A stretch of DNA of 64,000 nt from contig DASXQR010000146.1 of the NCBI GenBank assembly GCA_036507075.1, positions 40,662 through 104,661 on the forward strand, given 5' to 3'. The notes beneath the pieces are model-generated. The model searched no databases. It saw nothing but the letters and a program-made list of their open reading frames with translations, and was not told the DNA's origin. Each line of letters opens with the position of its first letter. Position 1 is the stretch's first letter. Shown piece by piece: positions 9,322-18,441 of the stretch. A program made the position numbers and the translations under genes. Source of the DNA: Acidobacteriota bacterium. GTDB taxonomy: Bacteria; Acidobacteriota; UBA6911; JACQSX01.

Positions 9322-10602
9322 GTGTTGCTCACAATGAACACAGAGTATGTCATTGACGCCCTAAGCATCTGCAAAGAAAGGCCCGGCCAGACAAGGCTTT
9401 CCATACTGCTTACGCTATTGCTTGAACTAAGACGACGTGGTGATTTGTTCTTCTGTGTCTTCGATCAGTCAGCATTTCACGAGTTTAATAAAAGGGGGGG
9501 TACACAGTCGAAGCTGTACCAACAACTTCGAAGACATCCTAAATATTTTTCTCAAGTGCGCGGTCAGGCAGATGTCAAGATTCTTGACCTTGCCGAGCGG
9601 AATCACTCACGGATCATTAGTAACGACAATTTTCGGGAGCACCGGGCAGCTTACCGTTGGTTGCAATCAGACAAAGATCGTCTAATAAACGTTAGTGTAG
9701 TGAAAGATCGAATTATTTGTGAACCACTGGCTATAAACGTGTCTGAGATCACCGACGAAGCTCAACTTTGGAAGGACCTCGAGACAACTCTAGTTGGTGA
9801 CGTTGTCACACCGCCGCCTCCGCAAACACTACTACGCTCCGCTAACCCATCACCAGCAAAGTCCGCGAAGGCCCAAGGAGGCGATGATTTCGTTGCTTTA
9901 ACGCAGCCTTCAGGATCCCCTCCGGCAACGGGAATCCATCAACACGCCGCGAATTCTAAAGGAGGTGCTGCAGTGGAACAGAGAATAGGAACGATAACCG
10001 AAACAAAGGCTCGTGAGCAGCTCGGAATCTTGGTACTTGATGGATCGGGATCTATGAGTGCCCAAGGGGAGACGAATTTGACGAAAGCCGGTGAGGTCAA
10101 CATCGCCGTTCAGGGTCTTATGGCGCGACTTAGAATTTCAAGGCTAAGGGAGAATTTCTATTTGGCAATTATTACTTACGATGATCAAGTTAATTCGAGC
10201 CGCCTACCGCCCACTCCAGTTACTCAGGTCGATCCGACCTCCGACTACAACCCGCTCCACGGCCATGGAAATGAGACCGCCATTGGCGATGCTCTAAATG
10301 CGGCTGCATCTGTCGCATTTCAGTTCCTGTCTGAACAACAAAGCTTTCCCCGCTCAGTAGTAATTGTCTTAATGACTGATGGCCAAAACAATTGTGGTCA
10401 GGACCCGGTCGAGGTCGCAAATAAGATCAAAAACAGCGGCAAACGTATCACTATATGCGCTGCTGGCTATGGGAAGGGCGACGATGTGGATGCCCTAACC
10501 CTGCAAAAGCTTGTGACCGATGGCAACGGATATGTGCGTGCATACGATCCAGAAGTGCTTCGTAAGTTCTTTGAAGCAAGTATTAGCAGGGTCAGAGGCT
10601 GA
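9322..10602 (+). CDS. NYN/PIN (Zc3h12a-like) ribonuclease fused to a TerY-like vWA domain
   Basis: N-terminal YVIDA, FDQS, ADVKIL, IISNDNFRE; Pro/Ala/Ser linker; vWA MIDAS LDGSGSM...ETAIG...MTDG. Confidence 0.8.
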   Translation: MLLTMNTEYVIDALSICKERPGQTRLSILLTLLLELRRRGDLFFCVFDQSAFHEFNKRGGTQSKLYQQLRRHPKYFSQVRGQADVKILDLAERNHSRIISNDNFREHRAAYRWLQSDKDRLINVSVVKDRIICEPLAINVSEITDEAQLWKDLETTLVGDVVTPPPPQTLLRSANPSPAKSAKAQGGDDFVALTQPSGSPPATGIHQHAANSKGGAAVEQRIGTITETKAREQLGILVLDGSGSMSAQGETNLTKAGEVNIAVQGLMARLRISRLRENFYLAIITYDDQVNSSRLPPTPVTQVDPTSDYNPLHGHGNETAIGDALNAAASVAFQFLSEQQSFPRSVVIVLMTDGQNNCGQDPVEVANKIKNSGKRITICAAGYGKGDDVDALTLQKLVTDGNGYVRAYDPEVLRKFFEASISRVRG

Positions 10603-10614
10603 CATCTAAACTTC

Positions 10615-11646
10615 ATGCTTCGGAAATTCTTGCGCTGGCCGCGCATTAAAGGGCCTAACATTAAGAAGCAGCCCGACGGCGGGCTTCGTGCTGACGCACC
10701 TTTAGAAACTGCGACAAGCAGGGATTCTACACTCGCCCAACTACCCCCAGGAACCACGTCCCTCATACCAAAAAGACCGCAAAGAGCGGCCGCTGTGAGT
10801 AGTAAGGCTGCCAAATTGACGAATGAAGATCACTGCGACTTGTATAGGAGTGATCGGATCCTTGCGGTTGCACTTGCTGACGGCCTCGGCTCATCCGCCG
10901 ACAGCTCAGTTGCTGCAAAGTTAGCTGTCAAGACTTTTTTGCACCAAGTGGAACAAGTTGATGCGGAGCTCCGAGAAGTATCAATTGCGGACCTTCACAG
11001 TTTTTGGAATCGCACGTCACAGAAAATAACAAATCACTTTCAGACTAATTTCGCCAAATATGCTGGTCTAGCGCATCCCCTTGAGACGACCTTGATTACG
11101 GTAGTCGACCAGGGAGATAGTTACCTAATCAGTTACTTGGGGAATGGCAGCATCTGGTATGTCCGGGGCGACTTCTGGGAGTTTCTGGATCGCCGTTGGC
11201 CATGGTCAATCTCCGACTTACTTATAAGTCAAAGCGTTCTCGACGATGACGGTCGTGATGCGCTCTATGGATTGATCGGTCATACCGGCCTACACGGAGA
11301 GATTCGAACACTCATAGTCAACAAAGATCATCACCGCGGTGAGATACTTATCGTGACAACAGACGGAATAAGCTCTCCAGATCACCTAAAAGTCGGCCAC
11401 GACCCGAACAACAAACTGTGGCTAGAGGTTAATCCCTACATTGAGCGACTACTGCGTGACCACCTGCGCCGCTATCTCACGTCCAATTCGCCGAGCGTGA
11501 CATGCCGTAACGGCTGCCTTCAAAAAGTCTTGGACGATTTTCTTACCGTGGAAACCTTCGATGACGACGCCAGTCTCGGTATTATTGTTTCAGACTCGGT
11601 CTTCACCTATCCCAACAGAAACCATCTGGCAGCTCATAGCAAATGA
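10615..11646 (+). CDS. PP2C-like protein phosphatase (TerY-P/YegK type)
   Basis: NEDH, ALADGLGS, TTL, TTDGI, DDDASL. Confidence 0.85.
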   Translation: MLRKFLRWPRIKGPNIKKQPDGGLRADAPLETATSRDSTLAQLPPGTTSLIPKRPQRAAAVSSKAAKLTNEDHCDLYRSDRILAVALADGLGSSADSSVAAKLAVKTFLHQVEQVDAELREVSIADLHSFWNRTSQKITNHFQTNFAKYAGLAHPLETTLITVVDQGDSYLISYLGNGSIWYVRGDFWEFLDRRWPWSISDLLISQSVLDDDGRDALYGLIGHTGLHGEIRTLIVNKDHHRGEILIVTTDGISSPDHLKVGHDPNNKLWLEVNPYIERLLRDHLRRYLTSNSPSVTCRNGCLQKVLDDFLTVETFDDDASLGIIVSDSVFTYPNRNHLAAHSK

Positions 11647-13355
11647 GGATCACAGTCCGCCCCGGCTCGTGCGTATCAACTGGTTTGTCGAATGTTCCTT
11701 CTCACAGCGAGGCGCACTCGATCCTTATACATAGTGTACATTTCAACGAGGGCGGTCAGGGAAAGATCTACAAAGTAGACCAGATAGACGGCAGAGGCAG
11801 TTCTGACCTAGTCTTGAAGTTGTTTGACGCTGGAATCCCTTCCACCTTGAAACAGATAGCGGCTGCAGTCCGGGACGGCATATCGTGTCACAACATTCGT
11901 CAAGTAAGCTCTCTACGAGCTCTACCCCTTTTTCTTTTTGAAGGCACGGCGTCCGGTCATGCTGTGATGGGTTATGTGATGCGCGAGGTGCCTGGCCGAG
12001 CGTTTAGCGAGATTTTGGAAGGGCACCTAGACGACTATCTCACTCTTAGCCTCAACGATCGACTCGACTTATGTCGTCAGTTTGTAGAGGGAATGTGGAT
12101 CCTTTATGCTCTCACGATTGTTCATGCGGATCTAAATGGTCAGAATCTGATGATTGACCTATCTAACAGGACTCTGGCGATCATTGATGTGGACGGCGGC
12201 GCCGTCGCAAGAAGTGGCTCTGTCCCAATCGTTGTCAAACAGGAGCCAGGATGGCTTGCTCCAGAGATATTCGCTCAGCTAAGCAGAACGATCAGGGCCG
12301 AACCTGTTTTTGTCAGCATGGAGGCAGACCTCTGGTCTATCGCCTCTGGGGTTCACTACTTACTATTCGGAATGTCTCCCTTCTTTTTTATCGCTAATCA
12401 GCCCGACATACCTGAATATCTGCGTCGGTATCAATGGCCAGAGCACCGAGGCGTTCATACTATCGCAACAAGAAATCACCATGCTTTCCGACATTACGAG
12501 GATGTGTATTCTCAAGTGCCCGACTTGCACAGGATGTTTTTTGTGACCTTCCAAGAGGGTTATGAAAATCCGTCGCGACGAATAGCCGCATATACTTGGC
12601 TCCAGGTGATCAGCGGCGTCTTAAAGTCGACGGGTCATTCCGAACGGCGTTCTCCAGTGAAACCGCAGCCAGAGGAACCAGCTGTCGTATCGCCTCTGCC
12701 AGCCCAACCGAGACGGCCCGTTGCCCGTCCCCCGTCCCCGCTTAGGCCGCCAGTCCAAAAACCCGCTCCCAAACCACCGCCCCCAGTGATTCCTTTCGGC
12801 CCAAAACCGCCGACACTGGTGGGACAGCGCAGGCAGAGTTCGTTCACGGTGTTTGCGGTCGCTGCAATAGCGGCGATCCTCGGTGTGGCCATCGTCGCGG
12901 TTATGCTGAATCCAGACGTAACCCGGCCTTCGATAGAAACGTTTACTGTCAACCCTGCGACCCTGCAGGCTGGTGAGCATGCCACCATTCGATGGGTTGT
13001 AAGAAACGCGGGGGAGGTCAGAATCGACAATGGCATCGGTATTGTCGCTACCAGCGGGAACATCGATATTACTCCACCGATGTCTACAGTGTATCGCCTC
13101 ACTGCGACGTCATCCGTGGGTACGATCGAGGGAGAGGCTGTGGTGGCAGTTGCCGCGCCTCCGCCCCCACCGCCACAGGAGAAAACGGCCGCCGACTACG
13201 TCCAAGAGGCCAATGTTTTGTATGAAAATCGACAGTATCTCAGAGCGATAGACGCTTGTGATAAGGCATTGGTTATATCTCCCGATGATCAAGAGGCTAC
13301 GCGCTTGAAAGCGCAGATCAGGAACACAATCGAGATCTTGAATGGATCGAAATGA
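11643..13355 (+). CDS. Ser/Thr kinase (YegI/TerY-P type) with Pro-rich linker, TM helix, Ig-like and TPR domains
   Basis: EGGQGKIY, VLKLF, HADLNGQN, IDVD, WLAPE, DLWS; TM VFAVAAIAAILGVAIVAVML; ATGA overlap with the PP2C gene. Confidence 0.87.
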   Translation: MRITVRPGSCVSTGLSNVPSHSEAHSILIHSVHFNEGGQGKIYKVDQIDGRGSSDLVLKLFDAGIPSTLKQIAAAVRDGISCHNIRQVSSLRALPLFLFEGTASGHAVMGYVMREVPGRAFSEILEGHLDDYLTLSLNDRLDLCRQFVEGMWILYALTIVHADLNGQNLMIDLSNRTLAIIDVDGGAVARSGSVPIVVKQEPGWLAPEIFAQLSRTIRAEPVFVSMEADLWSIASGVHYLLFGMSPFFFIANQPDIPEYLRRYQWPEHRGVHTIATRNHHAFRHYEDVYSQVPDLHRMFFVTFQEGYENPSRRIAAYTWLQVISGVLKSTGHSERRSPVKPQPEEPAVVSPLPAQPRRPVARPPSPLRPPVQKPAPKPPPPVIPFGPKPPTLVGQRRQSSFTVFAVAAIAAILGVAIVAVMLNPDVTRPSIETFTVNPATLQAGEHATIRWVVRNAGEVRIDNGIGIVATSGNIDITPPMSTVYRLTATSSVGTIEGEAVVAVAAPPPPPPQEKTAADYVQEANVLYENRQYLRAIDACDKALVISPDDQEATRLKAQIRNTIEILNGSK

Positions 13356-13396
13356 CTTAAATCGCGACTATTTGACTGGAATATGGTCGGCAGAAT

Positions 13397-13759
13397 CTAT
13401 TTGGAAAGAGATTGTCGATACGTACCCGCTAGTTGGACATTGCCTTCTCTATCCATCCTGATTTGCAAGATCTGGCCATTGATACCGACGAATTGGTGTT
13501 CCACATATGGACCGGTTATTTTTTGGTGTTGGTTGTTCCAACCTTGAAGCATTTTGAAAAAACTCTCCGGTGTTAAGCTGGGATTTCGTATTAACTGGAT
13601 TGAGGCCTGTAATTCAGCAGATGCCGCTATGAACGTATCTAAGCGTCGCTTCTCCCCAGATATGTATGGATCGTATATTTCGTCTATTTTCTTAGGCAAA
13701 ATAGATTCTTCGGCCTCGCCGTTTTCTGGCATAAAGGGCCGCTCGCCTTCTCGCGGCAT
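13397..13759 (-). CDS. Hypothetical protein
   Basis: 120-aa ORF with plausible composition; no recognised motif. Confidence 0.45.
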   Translation of the reverse strand: MPREGERPFMPENGEAEESILPKKIDEIYDPYISGEKRRLDTFIAASAELQASIQLIRNPSLTPESFFKMLQGWNNQHQKITGPYVEHQFVGINGQILQIRMDREGNVQLAGTYRQSLSK

Positions 13760-13934
13760 GTTGTAGTAGGAGATTTAATGAGTCAGACTGAGTCCCGCTG
13801 GAGGGGTTGGGGTAATAGTAACAGTCTAGTGAGAACTGTCAAGCAAGCCAGTAGCAATGTTAGAAGAATCGGTTGTCGCGAGTACGTTAGCAAATCTTCG
13901 CCAGCGAGGAGCTGGCCCCAAAACAATCGCGAGT

Positions 13935-14400
13935 TCGAATCCACAGGGTGTGAGATCTCAGTCGATGGGCTTTATCGTGGCAGACCTGACACTCGTGGCA
14001 GGCTAACAGTCTCCGACCTTGAGCCTGGCAGCCATAATCTCATCGCCACACAACGGCCTCGTTACCGCGATGAAACCGTTGAAGTCGTGTATCACCTGGT
14101 CAGAATACGATAACTGCGACGCTCCAAATGGCAGTTGGTTTCCTTATGTCAATCGTGATCATTACCGGACTCCAACCGCAGGCTACGCCTTTGACTCTTG
14201 ATCGGATCGAAACGATTAATTGAATCAGAAGCAACTGACGCCCCTCATTGCGGGCGAGATGACCGCCAGAGGCCTGCGGTTTCCCGTCGGCGCGAGGTCA
14301 TTGACGCGCACTCAGCCAACGGGGACAGGACCTAAGAGACTGGGAGCACTGAGTCGGTTCCTTGTCAGTCTGCACGTTGGTCATTTCGAATCGAGTTGCC
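13935..14400 (+). pseudogene. Degenerate fragments of a PEGA-domain gene paralogous to 15086-17188
   Basis: CEISVDGLYRGRPDTRGRLTVSDLEPGSH and IAGEMTARGLRF...ALSRFL match segments of the intact gene. Confidence 0.6.
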
Positions 14401-14700
14401 TAAATGTGATATGATCGCCGATGGAATTGAGCGTGGTGGCACGGACTTCTTTGGCACGTTAGCAGTTTCCGACGGTTGACCCCGGCACCCGCTCCGTTGG
14501 ACCGAGTGGCCTCGGTACCGCTATGAGAGTGTTCACGCGCGCCTAACTCCGGGGCAGAATCTAGTCGGAGTGCCCTTGCGTCTGGGAGCCTTTATATCGA
14601 ACGCACTTCGTCAGATTAGCAGTCAGTTCGCGGGACGTGTTCTTCGACGTTTTGGGCGACACTTGCACTTTCAAGCCATTTACCAACTCAGAGGATATCG

Positions 14701-14859
14701 ATGAGAATCTGTGACAAGTGTGGCAAAGAGCGTGTTTTGGATGGCGGGAGGACATGTGAGACGGGCCACTTCATATGTAAAAAGTGCGTTTGGGAAACAG
14801 CCAGCTTCTTTAGTGCAGAGCGAAAACACTGTCCGCTTTGCAAGAAGACCCTAAGATAA
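14701..14859 (+). CDS. Stand-alone C3HC4 RING finger protein (52 aa, absent from the ORF track)
   Basis: MRICDKCGKERVLDGGRTCETGHFICKKCVWETASFFSAERKHCPLCKKTLR*; GAGGA SD upstream. Confidence 0.8.
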   Translation: MRICDKCGKERVLDGGRTCETGHFICKKCVWETASFFSAERKHCPLCKKTLR

Positions 14860-14887
14860 ATCGTACTCTGGACAGAGGGAATCCAGC

Positions 14888-15070
14888 ATGGAGTCTATTG
14901 GGGGCTTACTGCTGATAATTGTCGTGCTTTGCCTTATGCTTGGTGCTCTTTCCAGAATGATTCTTCCTCCGCGACTAAGAGAAAGCGGGTGGCCTCGCCT
15001 GGCCCGGAATCTTTTCCGTGCCCTTTGGTCTCACTTGCAAGGACGAAGGTCCGGAAAGTTTCGGCCCTGA
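14888..15070 (+). CDS. Small membrane protein
   Basis: ATG after GAGGGA; N-terminal hydrophobic helix and basic tail. Confidence 0.6.
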   Translation: MESIGGLLLIIVVLCLMLGALSRMILPPRLRESGWPRLARNLFRALWSHLQGRRSGKFRP

Positions 15071-15085
15071 GGTCCGTTTACACCA

Positions 15086-17188
15086 ATGTTTGGATCGGAG
15101 ATATTTCCATGTCCGACGGCCAAGCGAATAAGTACGCGATGGACTATCTTGTTGTGTATTCTCACCGTCCTCCTTGGGATCCGGCTGATCGGCCAGGAAC
15201 GAGCCTTGAGCCTTGAGCAGGTTCAAAAGCTAGTCGACCAAAAGGTGCCGGATGTAGTTATTGCTGGTGAAATCCAGGACCGCGGCTTGGGATTTGATGT
15301 TTACCGCAGTACGATAACGCACTTCCAACGCCGAGGAGCCGGACCCCAGACCGTGCGCGCGTTATCACGATTTCTTCTTACCGCGAGCCTTGTCGTTTGG
15401 ACGAATCCACCGAATTGCGAAGTTTATATGGACGGTTTGCATCGTGGCCAAACCGATAGCGTGGGTAAATTAGAAGTATCTGGTCTGGAACCCGGCAGGC
15501 ACGCCGTAATGGTCTCTAAGGCGAACTATTCTGGAAGAGATGCGGAAGCCATGGTTTCACCAGGGCAGAATCTTTTAAGAGTGGAGTTGCAAAGGGCCGT
15601 GGGTTATTTGACAGTATCCCCCAAGACTTCGGGAACGCATATTGCAGTTAAGGGATTGGGGAATTATGACAACTCTATTCGAGATCTTGAATGTTCACCC
15701 GGCGTCTACGACATCACTGTATCAAGGTCATATTTCAAAACATTCACGACACGAGTAACCATCTTGGCAGGACGGAAGGTCGAAATTTCACCGGCCCTCG
15801 ACTTCGATCCTCGTATCCAGTGGAAGCAGCTCAAGAATGGGCTAACTAACATTAACGTTTATTGTATCGGTATTGACGAGCGTCAGAGACTCTACGCGGG
15901 GACGGGGAATGGGGTCTTTGTTAAGTCTGCAAACGCCGACTCTTGGAGCTTTTGGGCGCTTAAGGGCCTTGAAGTGAGGTCTCTCTCAATCGATCCCAAA
16001 AACTCCGATATAGTTTACGTCGCTCTCGAGCATGGAGGCGTCGTCAAGACCACGAATGGGGGAGCCTCGTGGCATCGAATTGATAAAGGACTGCCCAACA
16101 CAAATGTCAATGCTCTCGCTGTGGATCCTCGAAACAACCGTGTTGTCTACGCTGGTCCAGACGCCTTTGGTATCTGGAGGACCATTGACGGTGGCAGCAA
16201 CTGGCGCAGAGTTGGTCCCGGTCGAGATGTCAGGTCGTTCTCGATAGACCTGCTAACCACCGGCATCTTATACGCCTCTACTTCGACTGGCATCATGAAA
16301 ACCGTTGATCTAGGTACCACGTGGTATTCTCTAAACTCGGGTCTTCCAAACCCTTTTATAAATGGGTTGAGCATAGATCCCACGAAGTCGGAAATATTGT
16401 TTGCAGGGCCGTCTGGTCGCGGCGTTTGGAAGAGTGTCGATGGTGGGGCGACCTGGTTCGAGGTGAACAACGAACTTACAAAGGCCGTCACGATTTTGGC
16501 ATTTATTGTCCATCCGCAAAACTCTCAGATAGTTTATGCAGCGTCAGACGCCGCTGGTGTGTTTCAAACAATCGACGGGGGATTGAGTTGGTCTCCCATT
16601 AATAATGGACTTGGCAATCTAACGATTGGACGGCATGCGGTCGTGATCGATCCCAATGATGGAAGGGGCGGTGTGATGTACGTGGGAACCGTTGGTGCCG
16701 GTGTATTTACAACTGCCCTTCCTGCGCTCACGATCTTGTCTGAAATGGCTAACTCGCAAATGAGCTCCTCCTCGACAAAGTTTGTGGCTACTCTGAATTG
16801 CGCGCTTGACTCTGGTGTGATCACTGTTCGTGCAGATTCGCCAAATGGTGCAAGTTTTGAAAATTCCTGCGACAAACAAATCACGGTTCAGTTCAAAGCT
16901 GCCGGAAGGTGGAGTTTCCGGCCAGCCGAAGGTCTTCACGGCGCTTCTGGACACACGACCTATCCTGTTACTTCCTTTTCGAGAGCAAAGTACAGGGTTG
17001 AAAGCGCTCCGCCTGGTAGTCTCGTCATTCGACGCCAAGGCGGCAGTTATCAATTTGTCGGAGATGCAGGGACACTGATTCTACATGAGCATGAGACTGT
17101 GGCTTTTGTGATGAACGATGAACCGAATGGCTATTGGGATAATCGAGGCAGCGTCGAGGTGTCATGGCGTTGTATAGATTGTGAGTAG
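15086..17188 (+). CDS. Exported PEGA-domain / BNR (Asp-box) beta-propeller protein with a C-terminal LecA/PA-IL-like domain
   Basis: N-terminal hydrophobic helix; PEGA-like repeats; T/S-x-DGG-x-W repeats; C-terminal AAGRWS...FVMNDEPNGYWDNRGSV. Confidence 0.75.
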   Translation: MFGSEIFPCPTAKRISTRWTILLCILTVLLGIRLIGQERALSLEQVQKLVDQKVPDVVIAGEIQDRGLGFDVYRSTITHFQRRGAGPQTVRALSRFLLTASLVVWTNPPNCEVYMDGLHRGQTDSVGKLEVSGLEPGRHAVMVSKANYSGRDAEAMVSPGQNLLRVELQRAVGYLTVSPKTSGTHIAVKGLGNYDNSIRDLECSPGVYDITVSRSYFKTFTTRVTILAGRKVEISPALDFDPRIQWKQLKNGLTNINVYCIGIDERQRLYAGTGNGVFVKSANADSWSFWALKGLEVRSLSIDPKNSDIVYVALEHGGVVKTTNGGASWHRIDKGLPNTNVNALAVDPRNNRVVYAGPDAFGIWRTIDGGSNWRRVGPGRDVRSFSIDLLTTGILYASTSTGIMKTVDLGTTWYSLNSGLPNPFINGLSIDPTKSEILFAGPSGRGVWKSVDGGATWFEVNNELTKAVTILAFIVHPQNSQIVYAASDAAGVFQTIDGGLSWSPINNGLGNLTIGRHAVVIDPNDGRGGVMYVGTVGAGVFTTALPALTILSEMANSQMSSSSTKFVATLNCALDSGVITVRADSPNGASFENSCDKQITVQFKAAGRWSFRPAEGLHGASGHTTYPVTSFSRAKYRVESAPPGSLVIRRQGGSYQFVGDAGTLILHEHETVAFVMNDEPNGYWDNRGSVEVSWRCIDCE

Positions 17189-17334
17189 TTAACTGGCTCC
17201 TCTCCCTAGCAGGAGGGCATTTCGACGTACACCGAGCCGACTAAACCTGGGAAGCGTGGCTTCGTCCCGTGTCATCCGATAGCTAGTTCCCAACTGGGGA
17301 TTAAGTTGACTTTGGCGCTTTAACTGGAGAACAT

Positions 17335-17964
17335 ATGGGTGTGACACATAAAACCTTAACAACGCTGTTCCTGACAATGTGTATCGCGGGCAGTTTGACA
17401 CTCACCACACAAGGTGCGCCGATAGAACAGATGTCCAGTCTCGGCCTTGACAATACGGAAATGGTTGTCAGTCTTAATACTCCGATTAGTACGAAGGCGT
17501 CGAGGAGAGGAGATACATTCGCTGCTCAGATCGTTTCACCAGAGGAATACCGCAGTGGAACTATTGAGGGACACATCAATAGTGTGAAGAGAGCGAAGAA
17601 AAGGAATAGAGCGGAAATCCTGTTCGTCTTCGAGACGATAACGATGAATGGTAACAATTACCTCATCAGAGCTGATTTGACAAACGTTGCAAATTCGAAG
17701 GGTGTCAAAGAAGTGGATGAAGAAGGCCGAGCGATAGGTAAAACGTCGAGGAAGAAAGCCATCGGCTCAGCCGCGGCAGGAGCTACTATTGGCGCTATCA
17801 TTGGTGCCATAGCAGGCGGCGGAAAGGGAGCTGCTCAAGGCGCAGGTGCTGGCGCTATTGCGGGTCTCCTGATAGGTATCACGTTCACCACTGCTAGTTC
17901 GGACCTGGAATTTGCTCCGGGTTCACAATTCACCATCATGGTATCGGATAGATCACGGGAGTAG
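17335..17964 (+). CDS. Exported glycine-zipper protein
   Basis: SD GGAGAA; signal peptide; LNTPIST...GDTF; GAIIGAIAGGGKGAAQGAGAG. Confidence 0.75.
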   Translation: MGVTHKTLTTLFLTMCIAGSLTLTTQGAPIEQMSSLGLDNTEMVVSLNTPISTKASRRGDTFAAQIVSPEEYRSGTIEGHINSVKRAKKRNRAEILFVFETITMNGNNYLIRADLTNVANSKGVKEVDEEGRAIGKTSRKKAIGSAAAGATIGAIIGAIAGGGKGAAQGAGAGAIAGLLIGITFTTASSDLEFAPGSQFTIMVSDRSRE

Positions 17965-18186
17965 ACTGAGCACGTCGTTTGTGCGGAAGAAGGCGCTGCA
18001 AGAAGGAGGGATGGCAACCAGTTCCTGAGGGCATACTATCGATGTGGATTCGCACTTAAATCGCCGTGGACTGCGAACCCGGGTGATTCCCGAGAACAGG
18101 CACAGAACATGGTCGCGCGTTCGGAAAAGCGGTATCATAACTAGATGCTAACTAACGGCTCGGCCTTATGCCGGAGTTGACACTCA

Positions 18187-18441
18187 ATGAGGCCGTCGAG
18201 CAACTATTGCAGACATTGCCTCCGAGATCAGAACAAATTCGGTTGTCGTCGTATGAAACACCACCGCAATTTACGCCTGCTTTTAACAGATGATGAATGC
18301 TATCTAGCTGAAGTCAACAAGGATCAACCACGACATCTCATTGATGTTCGACGGCTCCACAAGAAGCCCGGCGTTCTGAGGGTTATCCGTCAAATGATTC
18401 GAGAGATGCAGCGTTCCTTACATCGATGGAATCTTGAGTGA
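18187..18441 (+). CDS. Small basic hypothetical protein coupled to the NYN gene
   Basis: The stop overlaps the GTG start of the next gene (GTGA). Confidence 0.4.
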   Translation: MRPSSNYCRHCLRDQNKFGCRRMKHHRNLRLLLTDDECYLAEVNKDQPRHLIDVRRLHKKPGVLRVIRQMIREMQRSLHRWNLE

